From: Lingula anatina
Lineage: Eukaryota > Animalia > Brachiopoda
DNA: 64,000 nucleotides
Reading direction: 5' to 3'
Assembly (NCBI GenBank): GCA_051362555.1
Contig: CM120642.1
Location: 33,666,001-33,730,000, forward strand
Part shown: piece after piece, positions 37,348-52,100 of the stretch
How the letters are laid out: every line of letters starts with the position of its first letter
How positions within the stretch are numbered: the first letter of the stretch is position 1
Notes under the pieces: generated by a model
What the model saw: only the letters and a program-made list of their open reading frames with translations
Database searches by the model: none
Told to the model about the DNA's origin: nothing
Program-made: the position numbers and the translations under genes

Positions 37348-37891
37348 TTAATTTATTTATTAATCTGTTTATTTATTTATTTATCTGTTTTAAAAAAGGT
37401 TTAAAACATCTTTTTGTAAGTGTATTTTGATATGGGACCAGTTCCAAAGTTTGATTGAAATTTAAATAGTTTTTTAACAGTTAATTTTAGGAGTCATAGG
37501 AGGGAGAAGCTCCTGTCATGCTTTGCTCTGTAAATTCTCTGATTCGTGCATTGTTTTTTTTTTTTTTACATAAGAATTATGATGTGCTATAAACACTGGT
37601 CCAGGTAAATATGCATGATTCAGGCTTATAAACCAGAAAAGAATGTGTAATCAGCCTTAAAATATACCTGTATTCATCCACCAACAATGCTCTGTATGGT
37701 TAACCATATTGGCTGAGTTTGATATGAACAGCATACGTTATTTCACTTCACGGAAATGATGAAATCATACTTTTCAGTATTGCATACTAATTTCTCTTTA
37801 TGTGCTGAGTCATCAATCAGATAAATGTCTGTTGAGGGACTAGGGGGTTCTCTTGACAACTTTTTTTTTGTTTATTAATTTCTTAATCAGT

Positions 37892-37930
<39 letters not shown>

Positions 37931-39168
37931 TGCTTGAAGAAAGGAGACTGCGACATGTTTATACTAATTCTTCATGTTTGTACAAATTCTTCAGATGCAA
38001 TTGGATAGAAAACATAGAAAGAAACAACAGGTTAATGTAAGTTCTTATATCTATAATCACATTTCTTGTACCTATAAATAATTCTGCAAAGTAATATATT
38101 GTTTCTCACCCATATAAATATCAACCAAATTAGGCTGTTTTATTCCAGATCTCATAAATGATCTCGTCTTTATAAAAAGACAATTGATTTCCTATTCAAA
38201 TTAGGGTTTTTTGAAAAGGCATGCGGTTTGTCCAGACACTTAACCTCCCTTGCTAAACATTAAAAAGTAATTCTTTTCACATAAGTCTTGACATCAGTAT
38301 ACAAAGGGGTGCTGGGACAGGTCGCCATTCCTGAAAATGGAAGCTCCGTTGCATGACCAACATATTTTTGCCAGCAGTGTCCAGGGATAGATGAGATTTT
38401 TTTATTTGGTATCTTGTAATGTGGATTGTTTGTCTGGGCCAGAGGAGGTTAAAAGACACACTGAACTTTACTTGGCAGTCTTCTATCCCAGTCACTAGGG
38501 CTATCCTGTCTGTTGGTGAGACCATTCCAAACATGAGCCTGACACTGGTGAAGTTTTGTTGACACGAGGTGGTTGTCTTGGTGTCACCGTGTTGGAAATT
38601 TCCCCGAAGTTGGGTTGACAGCTAGGAGTGTCGTGAGAGATGTGGGTAGACAAACTAGACTGCTGTTCTCCGCTGTGACTGTCCTAGCTACACCAAGTTT
38701 AAGGTTGGGTTGACACAGAGGGGTGACGTTAACATCAAATGCTGTCACTGTGACGGTGTATTTACCTTAACTACCTGACCAGACGTAACTCTGTGACATA
38801 GAGAAGTGAGGTTGACATCTCTTACTGTCACCAAGGACTTACATACAGAGACATATATATCCTTACTGTCACCAACTGAATTAAGCTAGAGGTAAAACTA
38901 TGTTTACACTGTAAAAAAGACCTGACATTTAGTATTACATAGCTGTCAGTGTGCCTTCCCTGAGTGGTCTGACTGCAGCAGACGATGACGATTTGGAAGG
39001 ATTAACATCACACGTCTGGCTGTTACTGACTCGAACCCTGGTGAAGAAAACCTTATTTTTATTAAAACTGAGTGCAGAGTGATACCTTTGTTACTGCAGT
39101 AGTTGAGTGCAGGAAAAGGACTGATTTGATATCAAGAGGAAGAATTTTTGTACCTTTCATCCTCCATC

Positions 39169-39213
39169 ATGAGTTACATAGAGTGGGAGAGGCTGAGGAT
39201 GGAGGTAGAACTG
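39169..39213 (+). CDS. Candidate alternative first coding exon (MSYIEWERLRMEVEL)
   Basis: atcATG start, 15 open codons, donor CTG/gtgagt in phase 0, followed by an abrupt AT-rich intron-like sequence. Confidence 0.45.
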
Positions 39214-40096
39214 GTGAGTTAAACTTTGATGTAAAAAAAACTCTTGATTGTTGGTGATTTTTCAGGATTTCTCTTTTAGAAATATAAGATGTATTTAGAC
39301 AGTTGATTTTGGTAAGTTAGGTTTTATTATAATTCTAATACTCTGGTTAGTTGTTTATTTATCAGAAATGTTTTTCTTCTAATATTGAATGGTGAATATC
39401 ATGTTTATTGTTTTTTTATTGTGACAATATGTCCAAAAAAGTTCAGAAACATTTTTTAATGTAAATTTCTCTTTAAATCTGAAATATTAGGTAAATTGTT
39501 TCACATAATAACTTTTTTAGCCTTTTAGTAATTTTAAAATGGGAATGATACTAATTATTTCATTATAACTGAAGTTGGAGTAATTTTCATTTAGTAGTAT
39601 ACAAAAACCTAAGTGATGATTTGGTGTGTGGTTGAAAATGGCCTACATGGTATTATTTCATGATTTTGATACATTTTTATCACAGGTCAGATATGAAAAC
39701 TGAGTTTTAACATGTCAATCTGGAAAAAATAAAGAAACTCAAGGTCCTTCATGTCTTCAAAGGCCTGTGGTATATTTGGGATGCAGTATCAAATTCAGTA
39801 TGATAATTTTTTGTCCCTTTGACTGAAACCATCTTCTGATTTCTTTGATGTTGCAGGAATGCATATTTAACATATAACTCAAGGATAATAAGTCATGCTC
39901 CACCATAATGTCAAGGTTGGCTGCAGTGTGTGGAATGCGACAGAGCTATCTAATATTGTAGCTGAAAATTATACCTCTGAAGGAATTTGTGCTTATGTGT
40001 GATTAATGTATTCTGGGATTATACATGTATGTATGAGTATAGTAAACAGTAGACACATGCACACATACATGCGCATGCACATACACACTTCCACAA

Positions 40097-40122
40097 ACAC
40101 ACACACACACACACACACACAC
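40097..40122 (+). repeat. (AC)n microsatellite
   Basis: Seen directly. Confidence 0.9.
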
Positions 40123-43100
40123 GCTGATGGTTTTCATAAAATTCTCACTAGGAAGGCATAGGATAATTCATGGTTAGAGTACATGTACTTTTAGCATGAT
40201 AGTTTTAATCTGTTAGATATTTAACTGTCATAATTTGAAGGGCTGAGGTTATTAGAACATAATTATGAAGAATTACAAGTGAGGTCATCATTGGAGACAA
40301 CTGATAATGATACAATAATAACAATGCATTACCTTGTACCCAGGAACCCATAGTTAGCAATGGGGTTTGTGTCAATTAGGGTGAGGCTATTACATGTAGA
40401 GCTGGTCTATTAGAGGAGGGGCAACTCACTAATTAGAGCAAAGATTAATTAGCAGTGTCCCTTGAGTCCTTCTGAGTCTATTAAGTAGCAGCTAAGTTTC
40501 TAGTATTCACTTTATAGCTTTGTTCATACAGTTGTAAGTGACATGGTTTGAAAGGGTTGTGTTTTTCATAACATCAGTTGCCATGGTGATTATGTCATTT
40601 CAAGTATTAGTACATTTCCTTGTAGCTACTAATGCTTCTGCTTTCCACAGTTAATTTAGTGCTATAATAATATTTCTGGGATTTGGCAGATTGTAATTAC
40701 TGCTAGGACCAATTGCACAATGAACAGAACAATTGAGAAGCATTCAATCTTGTATTTGAGATAACATTGCATTATCACTTTTTACACTGCTGTAATTATA
40801 CCACAGTGTTTGATATGCGCGAGGACATGAAGCCCTTATAAAATACTGCAGTCCAGAGGAAGAGTTAATATCTTCATGTTCAGGTGTCACTGTCACCTGT
40901 CTCTGGCAGTGTCACCTCATCAGGTACAAGGGTTGACACACCTGACAGGTAAGAGGGTTGACACACCTGTCAAAAGTTGTGCAGTCTACCACAGAGATAA
41001 CCATACAGGTTTAAGTCATATAATCCATGGTAAAAATACTGAAGATACAGACCTATGTATAAGTGGGTATTATGGTATTTACTATTACAACTACACCAGT
41101 TGGTCTGATATTTTATTTTGTACAAAAGATTCTTTTTCAACATTGCTCACTGTTGCTCTGGTACGTACAGCTAATTCTTGCTTTGATAAATGTGTTTTTC
41201 AGATTTTATTTGCTCACTTTCAGATATACCACCTTATTGTTTAAAAAATATGTTTTTATGCACCGTATTGTGTTGTATGATATTTAATCATAAATTCACT
41301 GAGTTACATGTAGATATTATAATTTTTATCATAAGATAAAAATGCCCGTTGTTTAAGGTATTTCATTTCAATAAAAAGGGTAAAAGTGGATGTCTTGATA
41401 TTCTTTTCCTCCTAGCAACTTAGCAAGGTATACACTTCAGCAGCATTTCAAGGGTTTTGGAATCACTTCATTTCACCTTTGTTTCACCTTCCAGGAATCC
41501 AGACTGGAGCACTTTGATCTCCTTTGAAATAAGAATGAATCTCAATTAGAAGATTGCACTTGTGACTTCAAAAAGAAATCAGAAAATGAAACTATAGATG
41601 ATAGTTATTAGGCTTGTGTTGGAGTTTTTGATCCTCGTGCCATGTCTTATGATCATCATCTGAGTGAAGGCTTCTGGTTGGTTTAACCGAGACTGAAAGA
41701 ATGACCAGTTATTAAGACATAACTACAGTGTGACATGTCAGAGGTCTTCAACTACTGAACTCTACAGTATCACGCTAGTATCTTCTTCTTATCTTTATTT
41801 AATGACAAAGCTTGAGATTTTATTGCATGACCTCAGCCAATTTCCCAATACCCCATAAGTTTTTTTTCTACCATTTTTATAACTTCAGTGAAATTGTCAG
41901 CTCTGCTATAACTAAGGAACAGCTGGTTGTAAAGAATTTAAATGTTGATAAGTTGTAAGCAAACTCTGCTAATCTGTTTTTGTTTTATTTAGATGAAGCT
42001 GTGTGTTAAAAACAAATGTTTATTGTTTTGAAGAATTTAAGAAAACTTTTTTGTTTTTTTTCTGGCTTGGCCTTCGTGACTTTCAGCATGCATATTGAGT
42101 TGTGTGTTTAGTCCAGTTTTTATAAGCATTTCATTTTGCTATTCAGATGCTTAACAATTATGATTACAGTGCTATTTTAGAATGACATTATTCTGCCTCG
42201 TAAATAAATCAAGAAAGAATATTTCACCAGCATTAATCACGTAAGCTTTCATAATCTCTCATTATTGCAGTAATCTATTTGGGAATATGATGAATGTCGT
42301 CCTGCCATTCTGTAGTTATTTCTAGCTGAGGTACCTAGCATTCCTGATGTATTAATATATAGAATGTTGTATATCATTAACATTTAACCCCCCACTGTAA
42401 GAGTAGACTGAGTGTGTTCTCATCATACTTAACTTGTTACAGGAATAGGTCCAAGTCTTGTGCAGATTACATGACCACGTGATAACCTCAAGGGGTAGCC
42501 CCCCCCCCCTCCAAATCCCTCTCCTCCCCCCCTCCCCCCAGCCCCACCCCTTCTAACACATTGAGTTTGAACTTCCCTGGTCACTGCTGCTGGAAGTTAT
42601 TATGGGTTTAGATTGAAACTTTTGAGATGAAGACTTTAAACTACCACAGACCTGTAGCCTGCTTTATTTCAAATAGGAGAGGTCTTTAAAAAAAAAAGTA
42701 GCCCTTTTTATCCCAAAATGAGAAAAATGGCATAAAACTTATATCAAATTTGATTCATTTTCATGGCAATAAGACAATTCATTCCACTCCCCCCCCCCAC
42801 CCCCCTCCAATTCAGGACCTATATATTGTATTATTGATATTTTACTGTTGCAGTACATGAACAACACTGTGCCAAGCACTAATTGAAGGATGACCATATT
42901 TAGCTTAACTCCAGGTAGAGAACAGTTATATTGTATATACTCCCAGTGGGTGATGTCAAAGTAAAGTAATCAACACAGTTAACAGGTGTCATGGTTAATT
43001 ATGAGTTAACAACTCAAGCCAGGCCATTAATTGCAATCAAGCTGCTGGCTTCCTGGGTTTGTCTAAAAACAGTTTTAGTTTAAGTAATACTGGATGTGAT

Positions 43101-46100
43101 CCAATCCCTGAAGTTACCAAATAATTGTTAGCAGAGAAAAAAAGATATATGAAGCTTGACGGCAACAAAATTGACTAGATAATAGAATAAAGAGTAACGA
43201 GGACTTCAGCGTCAGGATAATTCATAATATCCTAATTCCTGTGAGGATTTCTCATACAGGGATATTGACTAGAAGAGTGAGGTGTGCAACTGATCATAAT
43301 AGTCCACTGATGGAAGCAGTGGAGATGTAACAGATAGATTTACAACAGAAACAAAACCCACATATAGCCCAAAGGCCTCCTCAATTATTCATGGTTTGTT
43401 TGGATACCATGGTTTTCATAATGAGTTTTTAATTGTAATGGATACAAGACCTACGCTAGGTGAGGTGATTATTTTTCATGTTGTAGCAGCACACCTCAAC
43501 TGCTTGATGTGATGTTTTAATTGAAATGAACCTTGGAGGGTAGCTGTGTAACCTACTGACAGTTGTCCTGTGAATTACTTGGAATTTGATATGTTTGGGA
43601 CACAGCATGGAGCATCAGTTTTCACTTTAAATATCTGATAATCAGTTTGATTTTATAGATTGATATTGAATTATACATGCATTTATCTAATGTTTTCATT
43701 ATTTGTTTTTTCTGATCATTTGTTTACTGATTGTTTCTTGTCAAAAATTATTTTTACAAAAACAGTGTTTCATTTTATCTCTTAGATTTTGTTTTCTAAC
43801 AACTATATTGATAAGAGTATTCCCATATCCCAGACACCCAGTACCAGAAGTGTTCCACACAGCCACAGTGAAATTGTTGGGTTACAAGGTGCTTGATAAT
43901 CAATTTCTTGGTTGAAGTATTCCTGAGTGGTGTGAGATGATATGACTGACAGCTAGTGTGCTAGGAACACTTCAGACATCTTCAGCTGTAGTCCCACTTC
44001 TATTGGAAATACCCTTAGCTACTTTAACAAGCAGTCTTATTGCTTTATATAGGGTATCATATTGTTGAAATAAAAAATATTAGAGTTTCAAGAAAAATTG
44101 TGAAATATTTGACAAAAGCAGAAATAAGGAGAAAGTTGTTCTTAGAAATGGACAAGGGAGATGCATAATGTAATGCGCAATTATGAGAATGAATGATTAT
44201 CAAAATATTGTATAAAGTTGGAGGCCTTATAAACAGTGAAATAAACTGAACTTCTAAGATGTATTTAGGCCAGTCCCCTGTAAGATTTCTATGTGATTTA
44301 TGTGACTTAATTTAGTTTGCTTAGTTTTGGTTAAAGTTAGACCAGTTCTTTACAGGCTTTATATTTGTTTAAAATGATTTCTGATTTAAACTCAAGTTGA
44401 TTGACAGGTCAGAGAGAAATACAGCAACTGGACACCCTGAGTTACTGGAAACAAACCCATGGTATCAGTTTACCAAGGCATTGACTAGTTAGCTCCATGC
44501 AAGCTTTGAAACTCAGGGTACAGCCAGGCGACATGCTGTTTAATAGACAGGGGCACCTGTACATAGCACCCCTAGTGCACCCTATATAGTTTGTCTAGAC
44601 AATGAAATGATAGAAGAAAAGATAGCATCAAGATTTTTCAACATTTTAGATAAGTAGAAAGCTGCAGCTATCTCCATGCAGTTCCCTATATCCAGATGCC
44701 CTACATGTGACTGAGATACATTTCTGCCACAAATGTTGATGAAATCCAGCATCAGATGGACAAGTTTGTGGCCAGACATGCAGGCTGTGAAAACTGACCA
44801 GTGGAGAGCGCTAACGGGGCAGAGGTCTTCCCTTATGTTTCCAGGTAATGGCATTAATATTGACAGTTGTTTTGCATGTTTAGAAAATCTTGTAAAAACG
44901 TGCAGCTGAGAATTATAGAAGATTTATATTGGAATGGCTTTTTTACAACACTTCCTACTGTTTGCCTAGCAGGGATGTTTATTTCTGTGGCCGTATATAA
45001 CTTGTGTGTGTTTCCATCAGTTTTAATTTGAGGTGTTTCACCCTTAAGTTCAGGCTGCGGACTTTCTTTTGCCTCCCCCTTTCAATATGATGTCCCATTT
45101 TAATCAGGACCAATGCTTATGGGTTGGACCATTTAACTCCAGGGGGGAGGTTCACAACCAGGTGACTGGTCTCTGAGGTAAGATATAAACTGTTTACCTT
45201 GAAACTGATGAGAATAGGATTTCACTCTCACCAGAGAACTGCTGGCTGTTGGTATAACATGAAGAGTATCTCAATAGAGGATCTATTTAAAACTGGTCAG
45301 CCTGAGCTCTCTCACCCAGTCTTCATACCGCTACCTCCAGAATGTTCCGTTAATTTCTGCAGAACACTGATTGGCATTTAACGCAGAATTTATCTCCAAT
45401 AGTCGCAGGCAAGAGGGAGGTGCTAGGCTTGACTCTGTTGTAAGGTTTGAGGTTTAATCTTTCTGGAAAAATCTTGCTGGCTGAGATTCAATATTCAGAG
45501 TTCTCCTGTGAACCGTAACTGTTAGCATGAAGTCTTTAGATTGAAAGATAAGGCAGTACAAGGTAGGTGATGTGTTTCTGTGAATGAGTTTCTTGTTTGA
45601 ACAACCCGATAGAAAAGATTCCCTGGAGGGCTGCTTGTCTGTTCATCAAATTTCAGCTTTCTGTTGATTTTTGTGATCAATTTATTTGTAACAAAAATAG
45701 TCTGTGACATCTGAATCGAAGTTACTTGGATAGAGTTAACTTAGAGCATGACATTGCAACCTTATGTGATTATTGGAAATCATCAGACATCTTTTTTTTT
45801 TTTTTTTTTTTTTTTTTTGGCATTGAATTCACTGAAAATGGGTAGACTCCACCTACTATCAGATATTTTAGAAAATGTTGTTTTTTTTCCACATGGGTAC
45901 AGGAGTGGATATTTTGCATTTAGCTTGATTATACAATATCTGTTATGAATGATGTCGGTTAAAAATATTTTGATGTAGAATTAAAGAATAACACTTTTTT
46001 TCAAAATCAGTATTGAGCATAAGTCTTTTCATTGGCAAGTGCCTCCCTTCTACCATTTACTTTGATTGGAAGGTAAAATTGTGCATGTGAATGAGTCACT

Positions 46101-49100
46101 GATGAATACAATGTACATTAATCAAGTATCAATATTGAATCATCTTTCTGGTTCTTTATTCATGGCATGATGTGTTGCAAGCCATTAATCTCCCTAAGCT
46201 GACAGCTCTCACTTATTTTAACACATGTCTAATTAATTCTTCGTACAATATTGAGTGGAGAGTTTTTACTGCCACTTATAGCTGTCTAATTGACGTAAAA
46301 ATCTGAACAGATTAGTGGCATCATAAAAGATTCATTTTAGTTTGATAATGTGTGTGATAGATCTAGCTGATGTACGTACATTAACCATAAGTTCTGTAAT
46401 AATTTCTAAAATTATTGTAAAAATGCCAGGCCATTATAGATCCAAAGCAGACAAATGCTAGATTATATTGAAAAATATACTTTATTAAAAACCTGCTGTA
46501 GATTCCATCAGTGATGTTTCAGAATAGTAATCAAGTGGTCATCCCAAGGAATGCAGTGAGGCTGTATATGAGAATTGAAAGACTTTGTTACAATTTGAGA
46601 CTGGTGTCATAGATCATGCATTGTAATCAGATGCCACCCTCCCCCCCCACCCACCCACCCACCCACCCAGGGGTGTATACTGAAAATAAAGTCATGCTGT
46701 TACACTATCAAGGCTCATACCCTGTAATCTGATGGTCACCAGCCCAGCAGCAGGTCACCTTGCTCAGTGGAAGCTGGACATTAATATGCAACCAGCTCTC
46801 ATGGGGTTTCTCCTTCCTCCCACATCAAGCTATACATCAGATCACGAAGTTAAATAATAATTTGTTTTTATGTCCTAAGGGGCAGGGAATGTAATCCATG
46901 AGGAATACACTAACAACATTTGCTGGGGGTTATATATAGTGTACAATGTCCAAATATACATAGGTTCTGTGATCAGGCTGCTTATTGATTTTAGCCAGAA
47001 GTATATGCATCTTCGCTGTAACATATTTGTCCATGTTATATATATATTTTTGCGATTTTTGCAACATGTTATCTAAAGCCTGGAATCCTAAATACACAGA
47101 CTAGGTTACATGGATATTTGGTTATCCTATGTATACAGATAGATTAATAGAGATATTTGAGTATTTTGCTCCTTACTTTTCCCACATCTATTTTTGTTAT
47201 TATTGTAAAACCTCCAACTTGTACCTTCCATAAGGATTTCGTAGTTTTACAATTACCAGCAGGGCTAATTAAGAAATATATTATCATGTGAAGGCAAATA
47301 TATATGTCAGTGCTCTAGAGCTAGTACAAATTAATGATTTCATAAAATAATTTCAGAAAACACATTATCCTTGCATGTAATTTTTAGTCACAGTAAATGT
47401 TCCCCACAAGCCTCAGTTTCCTTTATATTGGGTAATTTCATACACTTAGAAACACCCTAGATGTAATCCCTCTTTCCTCCCTTCCTGAACACTGTAGGTA
47501 TTGATTGGTGTACCAGTCCTCCATTGTGGTCAGGAAGACAAGAGAAGCAGAGAGCTAAACCATGTGTAGATGGATTCTCAGAGGATAATGTATTCAGAAG
47601 TTCCCTTCACATATTGATTTTTTCTCCTCCCATTCCTACCGCAGCCTGACAATCCTGGTTTTAGATGCTACCTCGGTCTCTAGCTCTAGAAGCAGGCACA
47701 GAAGCAGGCTTACAACACTGTGTAGATGTGACAAGAGCTTATCGCTGACTCTTGCTTCATCAGTTAATTCATCCTCAGCTCTGTGTACTTCTGCTGATAT
47801 ATCTTAATGGTGGCGGACCTCTGTCCACGGCCTCATTGACCACAGTGATGGGGTAGGTGGTACTTAATTATGTGTAGTTTTTTTCATTTTCCGTGGCATT
47901 ATTGGTGATTTTATCACACACGGCTAAACATCTCTCCAGTGGTGTATTAACATATATAATGTAGGATTGCAACATGGCATGGTGGTGGGGAAATTACGTG
48001 ACTTTGGCTCTTGGAAAAAATAAGGCCGTTTGTGTCACAAATCAATTTTTCCTATCAAGATCTCCTAAAAAAGATTTAGACTAAAAATATTATCATTGTA
48101 AGATCTGAAAGCACGATATATATATATATATATGAAGACAGTTATGTGAGAACCCTGATGTTCTCTGCACAAGAAGATTTATTTTTACAGTAGCATGATG
48201 TAAAAGTCAGTTTTAGTGAAAGTTTCCAGCAAAATCTCCATGTGAAAATGATTAAGACTTGAAAAATTTACAAGAAGCATTTTTTCAATGTCAAAACCCC
48301 TGATGGTGTAAATATTTGGCAGCAGTGGAATCCCTGGACATGCATACTCTGGAATGGTGGATGTGAAGCTATTTCTGCACAGATGAATTTTTGTTAAAAG
48401 TCAAGTTTGAAAAATGGCAGAGGTTGATTATTTGAGAGGGAAACCTTTTCCCCCCTTGGCTTGTTCTGGATCAAGAGAAGTGTGCTGAGTGATTAGTTCC
48501 TTCACAGTATATGGTATGCACTGTAAGGCAGTGTAACAGTCCTGTTCAGATTTATTTATTTTCAAGAAGGAACTGTGAATTTTCACACTGGGTGAAAACT
48601 TGGACATCATGAAGTGATTATGACTACATGGTGATTCCTTTGCAATGCAATATCCAGCCAGAGGTTTTTCTGGAAGGCTGTAAAGATTCAGATTTCTAGG
48701 AATCGGCCAAATTTTTTATTAGTGACTTTATCTGGGTTTAAAATTCCACAGAGAAGAGATTAGAACAGCATGTGAGAGGTGTACTGCGAGGCTACGACTG
48801 GTGATCATTTGCTTTAAATATTTCTACAGACGGGAAAATTACCGAGATACTGATAGGACTGCACAGCCAAGGAATCGATCTTTGATGGAGTTTCTAACAA
48901 CCAAATGCACACAATTAGTGACTGAATTTCCAGAAAAAAAATATGTCTGAAGTGATAAAACATAATGGAGAACAACAGGCTGGGCAGGGTCAATAAGAAG
49001 GTCAGAGATTCCAAGAATTCAGCTCATTTCTATTACTATTCCAAGGCACAGAGTGAAAATTACATTGTATATGTCATGTATTCGCCGTATAATCTGCAAG

Positions 49101-52100
49101 TTGGTGATCTCCATTGTTGCAAATGAAGAGCCTTTTAATACTTCCACACCATCTAGACTGCACTAGTATTCTATCAGTCAGTCTTCTTCCATTGTTTTCA
49201 TGAGAGCACATAGACTGTCAGCTTATAGAGAGACAGCTCATTCACAAATATGTGACAGAGATGTTATATATATCAGCATGATTTTATGATATAAAACACA
49301 AGACATCATGGCTAGGTAAGGTTTCTCCTTGTTTTTAAACAAAGGCATCAGTAGGCTACTGTGGGCCATAAATCAAATTTATATGTGAATATTCCGTAGA
49401 ATAACATTTCATTTTTAACAAAAAAATGACATTTTTAAAGAGATTTCTGTATTATTTTCTAATCATATTTCTTATATGTAAAGAAGTATATCCAAGTGAC
49501 AGTGAGGACTGTCCACCCCCCCACCCCCCCACCCCCCTTCCAGCACTACTCTCCAGTGTTAAACATGAAACCATGGTATGAAAACAGTAGGCCATTTTTA
49601 AATAAGTCACTAAAATATATCTGTTGGGAAGATAATATTCTATAGGAATATAAATATAAAAGTTTTATTAGTGCCTCTCCCTGGTACTGTATCCTGTCTA
49701 AACTTTGATTTTTTTTTTCAAATGAATTTTTTGGAAATTGAAGGAAAATTAGGGCCTTATGTTAGAATTTACAACATCTCTGAAGAAAAATTCTTGTTTT
49801 AAACAAGATAATTATCTTGAATGACAATTGCTGACTGTATAAATGTCAATTAGTAGATTGATAGTTTACTTCTTCTGATTAATCCAAATATGCTATTTCT
49901 GTATACATGTGTGTGCTTATACACAGCCGTGCAGACAGGCTATAGATCTTCCCTCTTTACTGAAACTAAATGGTGTTATTGATTTTCATGAATGGTACTG
50001 TAATACTATAACTGCATTCTCATGTTTGCTCTGTCAGTTTTGCAGGAAATTGATTGACAATGGGGCTTCCAGTATTGGAGGATATCAAGCCTACTGTCAC
50101 AGTCTACATTGTTATTTTTCTTACCACTTATTTATACAGTATTATAATAGCTGAAGCATATTCCACTATAAGTTATGGATCTCATCTAGTTCCATTTCCA
50201 TTCAAATGTCTTTATCTCTTATACTGTCTGTATACTCTGTGTGTGTGTGTGTGTGTGTTTGTGTTATATGTGTGTGTGTTAATATAAAGCAGCAATATAT
50301 ACACGAGGGTGAAACCTGTCATAGTGGTCGAGAAGAGAAACTGCAGTCAAATGATGCACCGTTAATGAAAAATCAATGGCGTAATCTTGACTTATCAAGA
50401 TGGCGTAGTATTACGTGGGTGGAGGTAGACTGCTGTGTACAGGATATGCCTTGTGGCGAGGTCAAGACTTCTTTAGTATTTTGTAAAGATCACGACAGTA
50501 GCAAACTGCTGAGGTCAAAGAGCCAGGAGCAGGAAATGATATTTTCAGTTTCGCTTAACAGTTTTTTCCTAGATGATATTAAATATCCATTGCATAAAGG
50601 CATGGGCTTTTTATTAAACATTGTATCAAAAACACAATTTAGATATACACATTAGCAGAATTAAATTGAAAAGAAATATAAAAAAGAAATTTGTTTGTGT
50701 TGTGTTCGTGTTCATATGAGTATAAATTCTTGATGTTTGTTTTTGCCTCTTTTTGACCTAGGTCATTGACATGTCTTGTAAAGTGCAGAATATCAGTAAT
50801 TATTAAATTCAGCTCCCAAATCACATGAGTGTTTAACAAACCAAAGCATATATTTAGATAAAGAAAAACATACAAAGTAAAAATCTTGAATCCATCTAGA
50901 GTAAAGATGACAGTCATTTGTTGTGTGATGTTATCATGGAATGGTCAACACATCTACAGTGACAACACTAGAGTATTTTACTCTATGTCCATCAACTTCT
51001 ACACCACATTAAAGCTGACATTATACTAGGTCTCGCATGAAGTAATTATGGATTCTACACAATTAGCTTTATTGGCATATCATATTTTCATTAATAGGCA
51101 AATTAATTTATTCAGAGCATTACTCATCTAGCTATATTTAACAAAATTATCATCCATGTTAAGGCCACCAAGATAGATGGTTATGCCTTGTAAAATGGAT
51201 TTGCAATGTCGTAGTAATGTTATTCACAATGTTGCCTTGTCACTTATGGTCAGGGCACTCAGAAAGGTATAATCAATACTGTTGGAAGCACTGGAGAGGA
51301 GAGACTGAAAGAGGCTTTTTCTGAAGAATCAGCATTGATTTCCCAGTTGTTGAATACTGGTATCATTGGCTGTTGCTAGTTGATGAGATTTGTATACATG
51401 ACACACCTTTACTCTGTGACAAGCCTGCAGATTACTAAAAATTAGCTTAAATAAACTCAAGTGTTTATTATTATTAAGGAATACTGTACATTCATAATTA
51501 TTATATATAAATATAGTAAGTAGGATTATTATTGGTAACCACTGATGCATTTTGACTCTTGCAGACATAATGTATGTCAGAAAGTCTCATATGCTATATT
51601 TATTCTATATTTATTTTATTCTCTCCAGTAATATAATATAATCCTGTCTGCTGGTATTGGATTTTTGAAATGCAGTACTCTTCAAATTCATGAAGTCATT
51701 GAAGAGTGTTTTAATGGAGATTTTTATAATCCTCCTTTTATCATCAATTGACGTTGACATCTCCATCACTTCATAATGGCTGGATCACGTGTTACAATAC
51801 AGAAGGTATATATCTATAGCCAATGATTATGGACATATTTGTCAAGGTACTGGTTGTGATAGCTCTAGGTCTGGGGATCACGCTACTCCTCAGCTTATCC
51901 TGACTTAAATCTTTTCTGTATATATTTGGTGACTGCTGGGACTGGCAGGACCTCCAGACACACTGCTGGCCACTGTCACAGGTAGAAATGACACACCTGT
52001 CAGTGTGTACAGGTTCCCTTAACACTGAGCCAGCCCTCGGGTACTATTGCACAGTGCAGCTAGGGCGTGTTCACGCTAGACTTACTTGGACTGGTTTTGG

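Noticed and set aside
43438-43459. ATG followed by donor (MDTRPTL, G/gtgagg)
   Set aside because: Phase 1, with no compatible downstream exon seen in the window; too short to support.
49308-49315. ATG GCT AG/gtaagg micro first exon
   Set aside because: Strong donor but phase 2 and only two codons; may be a real UTR exon end but cannot be supported from sequence alone.
50206-50655. 149-aa ORF
   Set aside because: Begins in a (GT)n repeat; no domain or convincing splice sites.
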